From Bdellovibrionota bacterium (GTDB taxonomy: Bacteria; Bdellovibrionota_C; UBA2361; JBGSMV01), in assembly GCA_044356455.1 (NCBI GenBank), contig JBIKWF010000002.1, forward strand, positions 67,202 to 131,201: a stretch of 64,000 nucleotides of DNA, written 5' to 3'. Numbering within the stretch: the stretch's first letter is position 1; each line of letters starts with the position of its first letter. The notes below the pieces were generated by a model. That model worked only from the letters and a program-made list of their open reading frames with translations, was not told the origin of the DNA and ran no database searches. The translations under genes were made by a program, and so were the position numbers. Below are positions 28,237 through 38,025 of the stretch, one piece after another.

Positions 28237-29618
28237 CGCTTCAGTCTGAACCTTCCACGAGGGAAGAGCTCATTGCATCAGGGCAGAACCTCTTGCAACA
28301 GAACCAGTTTCTTCTCGCGCTCACCGCGTTTGAGCGTGCTGTCGAGATGGGTCCTCCGCTGGAGAATCTGCAGCTCCTGATGGCCTTCTCTGCTGCACAC
28401 GCTGGCGTATTTGAAAAAGTCCTTCCGGCTCTTCAGAAGGAGCAAGCAACGTTTCCTCAGTCTCAGGCTGCTCATTCTTTCCTTTCTGACATCGAATCGG
28501 ATTGCTCGCGAAATGCCTGCTTCAAATCTGGGTTTCAGCAGGGAGGAAGATATCTTCTCGCCGGGCTCTCCCCTGATAGTTCCGGAACGGGAAGATTTCT
28601 GGAAGCGCTGCTACCTATTGCAGAGGCGCGTGGATACCGAAAAATCCACCCAAACATGGGAGGGCGCTTTGGCCTCGCGGAACGTATTCGACTTAGTGGA
28701 ATCTCAGACTCCTCGCTTCTCCTGCTTCATCCACAAACTATCGGCTGGCCTCTCGTCCGAACGCTTCTAAGAAACAGAAATCGAATCGGCATGTATGTGC
28801 TCGATAACAGCTTTTTTTGTGTGCGTTCATACAATTACCGCGAAGGAAAACTTGGCGAATGTCTCGACTGTGTGGGAAACCTCAGTCGATGCCATGCCAG
28901 TTGCGAGCCGTTTCCATCCGGTGCCGCGAAGCAAGAAACTCTCGGATCTATGCAATCCCTCCTTGAATATTTGCCGCACCTCACGTTTTTTTGCCAAAGC
29001 GAGGCACAAAAGAAATTGATTCTCGGTCACTTCGGCGCACAGACGGAAGCTCATGTGGTTGGAATGAAAACTGCAGAACTTGTTTCACTTGTTGGAACAC
29101 CCCCCTTCGATGTGGTGTACCACGCCGAGGAACATCCCGCGAAAGGCTTCTGGTACACCATTGAGCTTGCACGACGACTTCCCGAACTTCGCTTCTTGGT
29201 ACCGTCTGCTCGCGAAGATCTCGAGAAGCGCCTCGGTCGCCAGGACTGGCCTTCAAACATTACTTTTAAAGCGCTGCGCTGGGAAAGCGGGCTCGATAAA
29301 GAGGTAAGACGTGCACGCATGGTGCTTTGTCCAAGCCTCTGGTCAGCAGCAATTGAGGGCGCGGTGCTAAAATCACTGCACGAGAATGGCAACGTCGCGC
29401 TTGTGAGAAGCGAATTTGGGTTCTCTTCGGAGCTCCCCTCAGACCTCGTTCTTCAATTAGCAGCGGAGTCCGAACACGGAGCCGCACAACTTCGCGAGGC
29501 TCTCGCTCTCCCGAGCCGCTCTGCAAAGGCAAAAAGCTGGGGCGCGCAGTATCTTTCATCGGTTCGCCTTGAGTATATTTTTGATATCCTCGATTCAAAA
29601 CAAAGGGCACGCGCATGA
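28233..29618 (+). CDS. glycosyltransferase-like protein (GT-B C-terminal half) with an N-terminal TPR-like region and a Cys cluster
   Basis: The C-terminus resembles a GT1/GT4 nucleotide-sugar-binding domain. It carries a CLDCVGNLSRCHASC Cys cluster. Its ATGA start/stop overlap with the neighbouring genes suggests co-translation. Confidence 0.45.
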   Translation: MTLQSEPSTREELIASGQNLLQQNQFLLALTAFERAVEMGPPLENLQLLMAFSAAHAGVFEKVLPALQKEQATFPQSQAAHSFLSDIESDCSRNACFKSGFQQGGRYLLAGLSPDSSGTGRFLEALLPIAEARGYRKIHPNMGGRFGLAERIRLSGISDSSLLLLHPQTIGWPLVRTLLRNRNRIGMYVLDNSFFCVRSYNYREGKLGECLDCVGNLSRCHASCEPFPSGAAKQETLGSMQSLLEYLPHLTFFCQSEAQKKLILGHFGAQTEAHVVGMKTAELVSLVGTPPFDVVYHAEEHPAKGFWYTIELARRLPELRFLVPSAREDLEKRLGRQDWPSNITFKALRWESGLDKEVRRARMVLCPSLWSAAIEGAVLKSLHENGNVALVRSEFGFSSELPSDLVLQLAAESEHGAAQLREALALPSRSAKAKSWGAQYLSSVRLEYIFDILDSKQRARA

Positions 29619-30385
29619 AGGTTATTATTCTTGCAGGTGGACTCGGCACACGCCTTGGGGGAATCACCGAGGTGATCCCTAAGCCCATGGTGCGTATTGG
29701 TGACCGCCCTATTCTCTGGCACATCATGAAGCGCTACGCTGCGTATGGCTTCAAGGATTTTGTGCTTAGTCTTGGATACCGAAGCGAGGTGATAAAGGAT
29801 TATTTTCTGCGCTATGAAGCGTACAGCGGAGACGTGCAGGTTTCCTTAGGCACAGGAGCAGTAAACCCGCTAAGCAAAAACGATGAGGCAGACTGGAACG
29901 TGACCCTCGCGTATACTGGCCTCAAAGCTCTCAAGGGCGCACGCGTAAAGCGCATTCAGAAGTATCTCGATGAGGTGAACATGCTCACGTACGGCGACGG
30001 AGTTGCTGATATCGACCTAGGCGCCCTACTCGAGTTCCACAAGTCACATGGCCGTATGGTGACAATTACGGGAGTGTACCCCCCTGCGCGTTTCGGAGAG
30101 ATTCTTGAGCAAGATGGCAGACTCATTTCGTTCGAGGAGAAGCCACAGGCTTCAGTGGGATTGATTAACGGCGGATTTATGGTTTTTAACCGCGAGCTTC
30201 TCTCATATCTCACCGAAGACGAGCGCTGCGACCTTGAAATAGGAGCCTTTCCTAAACTTGCCAGCGAAGGGCAGGTTGCGGTCTACCGCCATCTTGGCAA
30301 ATGGGAGTGTGTTGATAACGAACGAGATCTCATTCATTTAAATAAACTTTGGGATGACGGCGAAGCATTTTGGAAGAAATGGTAG
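29615..30385 (+). CDS. ddhA: glucose-1-phosphate cytidylyltransferase
   Basis: MKVIILAGGLGTRL...IPKPMV N-terminus typical of RfbF/DdhA. The ATGA overlap with the upstream gene supports the start. Confidence 0.85.
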   Translation: MKVIILAGGLGTRLGGITEVIPKPMVRIGDRPILWHIMKRYAAYGFKDFVLSLGYRSEVIKDYFLRYEAYSGDVQVSLGTGAVNPLSKNDEADWNVTLAYTGLKALKGARVKRIQKYLDEVNMLTYGDGVADIDLGALLEFHKSHGRMVTITGVYPPARFGEILEQDGRLISFEEKPQASVGLINGGFMVFNRELLSYLTEDERCDLEIGAFPKLASEGQVAVYRHLGKWECVDNERDLIHLNKLWDDGEAFWKKW

Positions 30386-30407
30386 CGTCATCTCCTAGGC
30401 AATACTT

Positions 30408-32039
30408 GTGAAACAACTTGAGTGCGGCACGATAATAACAGCAAAAGGCCACGTGGCGGAGCCTCCTGCGCCATGGCTTGTGCTTGAACGACTGGACAAT
30501 TCCTCGTTAGAAGTCCTTGCACTCTCTGCGCAGCAGAAGACCAAACATAGTCCGGCAATCGCAACGCTTGGCCCTTCGGCAGACCCAGCGTTTCCCATCA
30601 CTCCCCTCTTTTGCGACGTTTCCCGCAGATTCCAAATCTCGCTCTCAGGCGAGGAGAAGATCCTTGGAACGGTCTCCTCTTCGTGCAAAGAGGAGATTCT
30701 CCGTGGCTTAGTCAAAAACGAGGCTGAGCGCTTCTACTCCGCATTCCATGCCCCCAAGCTTTCTAAAGCATTCGCGCCAGGCGATCGCATCCCCTATGCC
30801 GGCCGCGTTTACGATTTTGAGGACATGGCCTCCCTGCTCGATTCATCACTTGATTTCTGGCTCACGACCGGAAGATTCTCCGAAGAATTCGAGCGTGCCT
30901 TTGCAAAGTTTTTGGGCCTTAGATTCTCATGCCTGGTTAATTCGGGTTCGTCGGCAAACTTGATTGCTTTTGCAGCGCTCACCTCCCCCCTCCTCAAAGA
31001 TCGCCAGATACAACCAGGAGATGAAGTAATCACCGTAGCCGCGGGCTTTCCGACTACGGCTTCGCCTATTATTCAGTACGGTTGTATCCCCGTCTTCTGT
31101 GACATCTCGGTAATGGATGGCACCTATAATATTGACGTGTCTGCTCTCGAGTCGGCGCGCAGTGAGCGCACCAAGGCAGTCATGCTTGCCCATACTCTCG
31201 GCAATCCGTTTAACCTTAAGGTAGTCACCGAATTTTGCCAGCGCCATAATCTGTGGCTTGTGGAGGACAACTGCGACGCACTTGGCTCTCGCTACCAAGG
31301 ACAGCTCACAGGCACTTTTGGCGATGTGGCGACAAGCAGCTTTTATCCACCGCATCACATGACCATGGGCGAAGGCGGCGCCGTTTACTCCAAACACTTA
31401 AAGCTGAAGCGAATAATCGAGTCATTTCGAGACTGGGGGCGGGACTGCTGGTGCGCTGCCGGAAAAGATAACACCTGCGGAATTCGCTTCGATCAGCAGC
31501 TAGGCACGCTGCCCCGAGGCTATGACCACAAGTATATCTACAGCCATTTTGGCTATAATCTTAAAGCTACCGACATGCAGGCAGCGATTGGCTGCACTCA
31601 ACTCAAGAAACTTCCAGATTTCATTAAGAAGCGTCAGCAGAACTGGAAGTTTTTACGTGAGGCTCTTACGGGCCTTAGCGATATTTTTGTGCTGCCAGAG
31701 GCTACTGCGAATTCAGAGCCGAGTTGGTTTGGATTCTTGCTCACCATCAGACCTGAGGTTTCCTCAAGCGCCCAGGCTCCGACCCGTGATTCCTTTGTGC
31801 GCCTATTGGAATCTCTTAACATTCAGACTCGCATGCTGTTCGCAGGTAATCTTTTAAGGCAGCCCTGCTTCGATGAGATAAGAAAGGACCCTAAAAGGTA
31901 TCGGGTAGTCGGCAAACTTGAACAAAGTGATCTTGTACTCACCAATACGTTTTGGCTTGGTGTTTATCCGGGGCTCACGGAGGATATGCTTTCCGCCATG
32001 GTGCGTGGAATCTATCAAGCCGTTGGCAGAAAGTCCTAA
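30408..32039 (+). CDS. ddhC: CDP-6-deoxy-D-xylo-4-hexulose-3-dehydrase-like (DegT/DnrJ/EryC1 family), start uncertain
   Basis: LDFWLTTGRFSEEFERAF...SGSSANL matches the RfbH/DdhC N-terminal region. The ORF is about 95 aa longer at the N-terminus than a typical ~440-aa DdhC. Confidence 0.75.
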   Translation: MKQLECGTIITAKGHVAEPPAPWLVLERLDNSSLEVLALSAQQKTKHSPAIATLGPSADPAFPITPLFCDVSRRFQISLSGEEKILGTVSSSCKEEILRGLVKNEAERFYSAFHAPKLSKAFAPGDRIPYAGRVYDFEDMASLLDSSLDFWLTTGRFSEEFERAFAKFLGLRFSCLVNSGSSANLIAFAALTSPLLKDRQIQPGDEVITVAAGFPTTASPIIQYGCIPVFCDISVMDGTYNIDVSALESARSERTKAVMLAHTLGNPFNLKVVTEFCQRHNLWLVEDNCDALGSRYQGQLTGTFGDVATSSFYPPHHMTMGEGGAVYSKHLKLKRIIESFRDWGRDCWCAAGKDNTCGIRFDQQLGTLPRGYDHKYIYSHFGYNLKATDMQAAIGCTQLKKLPDFIKKRQQNWKFLREALTGLSDIFVLPEATANSEPSWFGFLLTIRPEVSSSAQAPTRDSFVRLLESLNIQTRMLFAGNLLRQPCFDEIRKDPKRYRVVGKLEQSDLVLTNTFWLGVYPGLTEDMLSAMVRGIYQAVGRKS

Positions 32040-32061
32040 CCGCTTCATCTCAACGGTTACT

Positions 32062-32197
32062 CAGGAGCCCCTGAAAAACCTCGATATTTTATTCTTTCTC
32101 TCAGTGTCCTCTGTGTGCTCTGTGGTTTTTCAACGATTTAAATCAACCACAGAGGACACAGAGATCTCAGAGTGGACTATTAAAGAGGTTACCTAAG
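32062..32197. repeat. MITE-like element, copy 7
   Basis: TIRs CAGGAGCCCCTGAAAAA and TTAAAGAGGTTACCTAAG, with interior palindrome cctctgtgtgctctgtggtt.../...aaccacagaggacacagag. Confidence 0.7.
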
Positions 32198-32423
32198 TCA
32201 CCATTAAACCTCATGGGATCCCTGTGTACGAGTGCCCATGAAGCCGATACCAAAGGGACACACAAATTTTCGACCTCAACGCCCCGCAAAACTACGTTTC
32301 ACAAAAGCTCGTATTATCGTATGAGCAACCAAGCGCCCCACCTCTGCATCGATCCATATAGGATTGCTGTAGGTAGTGAGAGCGGGGATACTCAAACTAT
32401 CGTTTTGCTTGAGCTTTTTTCGA

Positions 32424-33944
32424 ATGACCCAACCTAGCAAAATTTACTCGCTCGACGAGCTCGAGAAAATTCTCGAAGGTAAGCGAAAACTTACTATTGG
32501 GCACTGCCATGGAGTCTTCGATCTCCTGCATGTGGGTCATCTCAGGCACTTCAAAGAGGCGAAGCATCAATCCGACATTCTTGTGGTCACCCTCACCGCA
32601 GACGAATTCGTAAACAAAGGCCCACATCGGCCGGCATTTAATCAGGATCTCAGGGCAGAAAGCATCGCTGCACTTGAGTGCGTCGATTTCGTTGCCGTGA
32701 ACCCTTCTCCCTCCGCAGAGACCGCAATCCAGAAGATTCGCCCCTCTCTTTTTTTCAAGGGCAGTGATTACAAAACCCGAGAGACTCCTCCAGATTCGAA
32801 ACTGAGTACCGAGCTTGCTCTCGTTGAAAAACTTGGGGGCAAAGTTGTATTCACGGACGACATTCAATTTAGCTCTTCCTCTCTGATAAATTCGTTTCTC
32901 TCTCCATTTACCGAGGAAGTAAGTCGCTATCTTGCCGACTTCAGAACACGGCACACCGCAAAATCAATCAATCAGCTCTTAACGAAAGTTCACGATCTAA
33001 AAGTACTCGTCCTTGGCGAAACCGTAATTGACGAATATCACTACTGCGACGCCATCGGGAAAGCAGGTAAAGAACCAGTACTTGTTACTCGCTTTATTTC
33101 GGGCGAGCAGTTTATCGGAGGAGTTCTTGCCATTGCGAACCATGTGGCAGGAATTTGTGCAAAGGTTGACGTCTTAAGCTGCCTTGGGACAAAGAATTCG
33201 TTTGAGTCCTTCATTCGAGAGCGCCTTAGGCCAAACGTCACGCCTCATTTTGTTTTTAATGAGGGGCGGCCGACAATTGTAAAGCTCCGTTACGTAGAGA
33301 ACTACCTGCTCCAGAAGCTCTTCGAAGTGTACACGATGGACGACACTCCTGTGCCATCATCTGAAGAAGAAGCGCTTTGTGAAAAACTACGCGCCATTCT
33401 TCCGAATTACGATGTCGTCATAGTCGCGGATTACGGCCACGGAATGATTTCCGAGCGGGCGCGAGCTTTGATTTGCAAGCACTCAAAATTTCTTGCGGTG
33501 AATACCCAGGCAAACGCGGGAAACAGGGGATTTCACACTATCTCTGCTTACCCGCGCGCAGACTACATTTCATTGTCTTCCATGGAACTTGGTCTCGATC
33601 GGCGTACTCGCGAGGGCGACGTACGAAAGATGATACTAGGTCTACTGGAAACTACTCATTGCAAGACCATCACGGTCACGAGAGGAAAACACGGCATTCT
33701 CACCTATAGCCCTGAGCACGGCTTCGCTGAGGGGCCAGGACTTGCCACAAAAGTAGTCGATCGTATCGGATCAGGCGACGCGGTTCTTGCCATTACGTCC
33801 CCCTTCGCTTCTCTTAACTGCCCGCCAGAGCTTATTGCTTTCCTTGGAAACATCGCGGGATCGGAAGCGGTACGAATCCTAGGCCACAGTTCATTCATCG
33901 ACCGCTCCGTTATTCGAAAGGGCGTCGAGTCACTCCTGAAGTAG
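32424..33944 (+). CDS. bifunctional HldE-like heptose-7-P kinase / heptose-1-P nucleotidyltransferase with permuted domain order
   Basis: The N-terminus GHCHGVFDLLHVGH...FKGSDYK resembles RfaE domain II (HxGH cytidylyl/adenylyltransferase). The C-terminus VLVLGETVIDEYHYC...GGVLAIANHVAG...RIGSGDAV resembles RfaE domain I (PfkB kinase). Confidence 0.7.
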   Translation: MTQPSKIYSLDELEKILEGKRKLTIGHCHGVFDLLHVGHLRHFKEAKHQSDILVVTLTADEFVNKGPHRPAFNQDLRAESIAALECVDFVAVNPSPSAETAIQKIRPSLFFKGSDYKTRETPPDSKLSTELALVEKLGGKVVFTDDIQFSSSSLINSFLSPFTEEVSRYLADFRTRHTAKSINQLLTKVHDLKVLVLGETVIDEYHYCDAIGKAGKEPVLVTRFISGEQFIGGVLAIANHVAGICAKVDVLSCLGTKNSFESFIRERLRPNVTPHFVFNEGRPTIVKLRYVENYLLQKLFEVYTMDDTPVPSSEEEALCEKLRAILPNYDVVIVADYGHGMISERARALICKHSKFLAVNTQANAGNRGFHTISAYPRADYISLSSMELGLDRRTREGDVRKMILGLLETTHCKTITVTRGKHGILTYSPEHGFAEGPGLATKVVDRIGSGDAVLAITSPFASLNCPPELIAFLGNIAGSEAVRILGHSSFIDRSVIRKGVESLLK

Positions 33945-33962
33945 GCTCACTGGAAGCTCACC

Positions 33963-34526
33963 TCAGGCATCAGGATACATTTGGGGTAGAATCTCACAGA
34001 GCTTCTTGGCCGCATCAACTAAAGTAAAAATCCCGACAAGCTTTCCGCTCCTCAGCACCAGGGCCGAGCCAATGTGCAGGTCACCCATAGTTTTGAGAAC
34101 TTGATCAAGGCGAGCTGAGTGCTCAACCGAGTAAGGCTCATCGAGACAAACATCCTCAACTTTAACATTATCGGCGTCTGCCACTCCCGCCCCTACCGCG
34201 AGAGCAAACTTCATATCTCGGTCGGTAAGTAGCCCCACGAGTCTCCCTACGGCCGTAACTGGCAAGTGCCGAATTCCGTGACTCGCCATTATCGCGCGCG
34301 CCTGCTTCAAGCTGCTCCCGACTTCAATGGTCAGGGGAGCAGGCGTCATAACATCTAGCATCGTTGGCATTTTCTCCATCATGTCCTCTCCATGAATGCG
34401 GCTGCGTTCAAATCTCGCACGCATTTTACCGCAGTAAGGCTCGAATGGGGTAGTAATTTTACGTTGTTCGCCATGGCGCATGTAATGGCATATGCATGGC
34501 GTTAGTCGTATGATTGCATTGCGCAC
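33963..34526 (-). CDS. CBS-domain pair protein
   Basis: Two CBS motifs (GIRHLPV..GRLVGLLTDRD and GSALVLRSGKLVGIFTLVD). Confidence 0.7.
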   Translation of the reverse strand: MRNAIIRLTPCICHYMRHGEQRKITTPFEPYCGKMRARFERSRIHGEDMMEKMPTMLDVMTPAPLTIEVGSSLKQARAIMASHGIRHLPVTAVGRLVGLLTDRDMKFALAVGAGVADADNVKVEDVCLDEPYSVEHSARLDQVLKTMGDLHIGSALVLRSGKLVGIFTLVDAAKKLCEILPQMYPDA

Positions 34527-34543
34527 TCAAGTATAGTGACGCT

Positions 34544-34963
34544 ATGAAATTCGAATCGGAAGACCCAGGCCTACCACCTCTCATCCTCTTTGATGGAGTG
34601 TGCAATCTTTGCGCCTGGACGGTGGGCTTTGTACTTGCGCGCGAGAGGACCGAGACGTTTCAATTTGCCTCATTGCAATCTGAGCATGCGAGGAAATTAA
34701 AAGAAGCCGGGATCATCGACGATTCACTTAAGAGCCTGGTGCTGATCCAAAATGGCTCGGTTTATTTTGAAAGCGAAGCAGCCTTACGCGTCGCCCTAGA
34801 ACTGCGGGGCTTGGGAATTCTTGCACGAGCAGGACTTCTAATCCCTCGCCATTTGCGAGATTGGCTGTACCGAGTTATTGCAAGAAATCGCTATCGGTGG
34901 TTTGGAAGGAGAGGGACGTGTTTAGTTCCCTCTCCCGAGCTTCGACGCAGATTCTTGGACTAG
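34544..34963 (+). CDS. DCC-family thiol-disulfide oxidoreductase (DUF393)
   Basis: ILFDGVCNLCAWTVGF matches the DCC1-like CxxC signature. Confidence 0.65.
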   Translation: MKFESEDPGLPPLILFDGVCNLCAWTVGFVLARERTETFQFASLQSEHARKLKEAGIIDDSLKSLVLIQNGSVYFESEAALRVALELRGLGILARAGLLIPRHLRDWLYRVIARNRYRWFGRRGTCLVPSPELRRRFLD

Positions 34964-34972
34964 GAAGCCCGC

Positions 34973-37231
34973 ATGGAGAAGAATGCTCCTTCTAAAAAAG
35001 ATGCGCAACAAGAGCTCAGCATTCGCGGAATGACGTGCGCCTCCTGTGTGCGCCGCGTTGAGGGCACACTTCGGAACGTTGAGGGAGTAAGGGACGTCTC
35101 AGTTAATCTTGCGACCCATCGCGCGCAAATCTTCTACCTGCGAGGAGAAACAGATATACGAAAGCTCATTGAGGCAGTCAGCGCCGCAGGCTACGAAGCA
35201 AAAATCCTGGAGAACGGCGCCACAACGAACTTCGCCGACGAAGCACTAGAGAGCCTTCGCCACTCACTTAAGCGAAAAATCCTTCTTAGCGCTCCAATCG
35301 CTATTCTTTTGGTATGGGCGACTTTTCCTGGCATCATGCACAGCGCGCCGGACTTTCTTCATCTTGGCTGGGTGCAGCTTCTTCTCGCTGCTCCGGTGCA
35401 ATTTTGGGCTGGAGCTGATTTCTACCGCAATGCATTCCGGGCCCTCAAACACCGCCTCGCTACCATGGATACGCTTGTCGTGCTCGGAACTTCCGTTGCC
35501 TTTTTCTATTCGAGCTTTGTGGCGTTCTTCCCCTCGGTAGTTGCAGCAGCGGAAGTTTCCCCCATGCCATATTTTGATGCCTCGGTCGTTATCATTCTCT
35601 TTGTGTTGATTGGACGATTTCTTGAGGATCGCGCGAAGGAGCGAACTTCCTCTGCAATCCGCCGTCTCCTCAGCCTTGAGGCCAAAACTGCGCGCAGAGT
35701 TCAAGGAGCCGAAGAAGTAGACGTTCCAATCGAAACCATTGCTCTTGGGGACATACTTCGTGTACGCCCCGGCGAAAAAATTCCCGTTGACGGCGAAGTT
35801 ACCGACGGCGCCTCGGCCATCAACGAAGCTATGGTAACCGGAGAAAGCATACCGGTTGAGAAAGGAGTTGACAGCGAGGTTATAGGCGGCACGCTCAATA
35901 CCACGGGAACTTTCTTGTATCGCGCCACGCGTATTGGAAAGGACTCAACACTCGCTCGTATCGTGAAACTTGTTGAGCAAGCTCAAGGCAGCAAAGCAGA
36001 GATTCAGCGCCTGGCGGACTCAGTTGCTTCATATTTTGTCCCCACGGTCCTAATCCTCTCCGCCATTACTTTCGTTCTCTGGGCGCTTTTTGGTCCCGAG
36101 CCAGCCCTCACGCGGGCCACCATAAACGCAGTAGCGGTACTCATTGTGGCGTGCCCGTGCGCCATGGGGCTTGCAACACCAACTGCGATAATGGTGGCGG
36201 CAGGACGAGGCGCAGATAGTGGGATTCTGGTAAAAAATGCGCCGTCTCTCGAGCGACTGCATAGCATTGACACCGTGGTGTTTGACAAAACCGGCACGCT
36301 CACCGAAGGAAATCTCGAAGTTACTGACATCATCCCTTTCGGCGAGATGTCAGAAAACGACATCCTGAGCATCGCATCGACCTTAGAAAAAGGCTCTGAG
36401 CACCCACTTGCCGAAGCGATTCTTAAGCAGGCTGAACTACGTAAAATCCTCCTCGACCAGGCGACAGAGTTCTCAGCAATCCCAGGAAAGGGAGTTCGCG
36501 GCCTGATACATGGAATTCCCTATCAGCTAGGCAATAGAGGATTGCTACAAATGCCGATGGGAACTCAGAAAAAGCAGAAGCTCGAATCCCTCGCGGCAGA
36601 GGGGAAAACGGTAGTCCTCTTAGCTAAGGAAAGTTCTCTTGTCGGAATGATCGCAGCCAAAGATAAGGTCAGAACGTCGGCGCGCAGCACTATCGAGTGG
36701 CTACGCGAGCTTGGCATATCAAGCGTTCTGCTCACCGGGGATAACGAAAGCACCGCGAAGCGGGTAGCAGAAGAAATCGGCATCAAAGAAGTGTATGCTC
36801 AGACGTTGCCCCACGAAAAAGCTGCGCGTATTCAGCTGCTCAGAACCGACGGCAAGAAAGTGGCTATGGTAGGAGACGGCGTTAACGATGCGCCCGCACT
36901 TGCAGCAGCTGACGTGGGCATAGCCCTGAGCTCAGGCACCGATGTCGCAATGGACGCTGCCGATATTACCCTCCTCCATCGCGACTTAACCCTGGTTCCC
37001 CAGGCTATACTTCTTGCGCGAGCGACTATTCGAACAATTCGAATGAATCTCCTCTGGGCCTTCGGATACAATGCACTGCTCATCCCGCTTGCGATGGGAG
37101 CGCTCTATCCGATGTGGGGCTTACTCCTCGATCCCATGCTCGCTTCGGCTGCCATGGCACTAAGCTCTGTGTTTGTCGTGGGTAACTCTCTAAGGCTTCG
37201 AACCGCGGAACTACTGACCAAGTGTGTTTGA
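34973..37231 (+). CDS. copA: copper-translocating P1B-type ATPase
   Basis: N-terminal HMA domain with MTCASCVRRVE, transmembrane CPC motif, DKTGTLT phosphorylation site and GDGVNDAPAL hinge. Confidence 0.95.
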   Translation: MEKNAPSKKDAQQELSIRGMTCASCVRRVEGTLRNVEGVRDVSVNLATHRAQIFYLRGETDIRKLIEAVSAAGYEAKILENGATTNFADEALESLRHSLKRKILLSAPIAILLVWATFPGIMHSAPDFLHLGWVQLLLAAPVQFWAGADFYRNAFRALKHRLATMDTLVVLGTSVAFFYSSFVAFFPSVVAAAEVSPMPYFDASVVIILFVLIGRFLEDRAKERTSSAIRRLLSLEAKTARRVQGAEEVDVPIETIALGDILRVRPGEKIPVDGEVTDGASAINEAMVTGESIPVEKGVDSEVIGGTLNTTGTFLYRATRIGKDSTLARIVKLVEQAQGSKAEIQRLADSVASYFVPTVLILSAITFVLWALFGPEPALTRATINAVAVLIVACPCAMGLATPTAIMVAAGRGADSGILVKNAPSLERLHSIDTVVFDKTGTLTEGNLEVTDIIPFGEMSENDILSIASTLEKGSEHPLAEAILKQAELRKILLDQATEFSAIPGKGVRGLIHGIPYQLGNRGLLQMPMGTQKKQKLESLAAEGKTVVLLAKESSLVGMIAAKDKVRTSARSTIEWLRELGISSVLLTGDNESTAKRVAEEIGIKEVYAQTLPHEKAARIQLLRTDGKKVAMVGDGVNDAPALAAADVGIALSSGTDVAMDAADITLLHRDLTLVPQAILLARATIRTIRMNLLWAFGYNALLIPLAMGALYPMWGLLLDPMLASAAMALSSVFVVGNSLRLRTAELLTKCV

Positions 37232-37356
37232 TCGGGTTCGAATCCACTATAGCGATGGCACTCACCGGCCTATAGGAAACTTTCCCGCACAATTTCCGAT
37301 AAGAACGGCGGCTCTACGGCACCGCGATTGCGGGCCCTAAAAGAAGGAGACTCGTT

Positions 37357-37803
37357 ATGTTTACTAATGGCAGTAGCGGAACTCGCACCATCACAATTCC
37401 CGCTTCCGTATCCAACCCTGTGGAACTTAATGCGAACCGTCCCGTAGTAATTACCCCCGATATTCAACGCTTCGCTTCACCTCAGACGGCTCGAAGGGAA
37501 GATGTTACTGTTCCGCTCGCTCAGATCAAAATGTCACGACAAGCAACTATGCCCGTTGATCCAGAGAGACTGGCAGAAGCAGGGAAAGCCGCAGTGGAGC
37601 TCAGCATGATTTCCCAAATGCCCCTCAAGGATCGTTCTCCGAGTCTCAATGAACGCGTGGCAGGACTTCAGGCGCTTCTTCGAATCACACCTTTTGCAAG
37701 CCGCGAGGAGTTTCTTCAATATCAGTTGATAGCTCAGAACAACTTTACCTCATTACGCCCAGAGCCTCCGGGTGCAGCTATTTCAAGAGCAATTCGAGGA
37801 TAG
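37357..37803 (+). CDS. hypothetical protein
   Basis: ORF preceded by an AAGGAG RBS. Confidence 0.35.
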   Translation: MFTNGSSGTRTITIPASVSNPVELNANRPVVITPDIQRFASPQTARREDVTVPLAQIKMSRQATMPVDPERLAEAGKAAVELSMISQMPLKDRSPSLNERVAGLQALLRITPFASREEFLQYQLIAQNNFTSLRPEPPGAAISRAIRG

Positions 37804-38025
37804 CCTAACATTTAAGCATAAATTGGCTTGGATGGGGGATTCGGAGAGCAGTGTCTACGAGAATGTGGCAGTGCAGTAGGAGTGCCCATCGAAGTGGAGC
37901 TGGGCTGGCGCCGGTAAAAGTGTGAAGAGAAGATCCTTACCGATAACCGGCGCGCAATCCCTGACGAGATATCCTCCGAAACGAACAGCCGACGTAGAGA
38001 CTTCCTCTGAACGACGCCGAGGGCA

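Noticed and set aside
37232-37262. tRNA-like GGTTCGAATCC T-loop motif immediately after the copA stop
   Set aside because: Neither strand yields a complementary T-stem, a D-arm or an acceptor stem with CCA. It may be a chance match or a tiny tRNA-gene remnant, not a functional tRNA.
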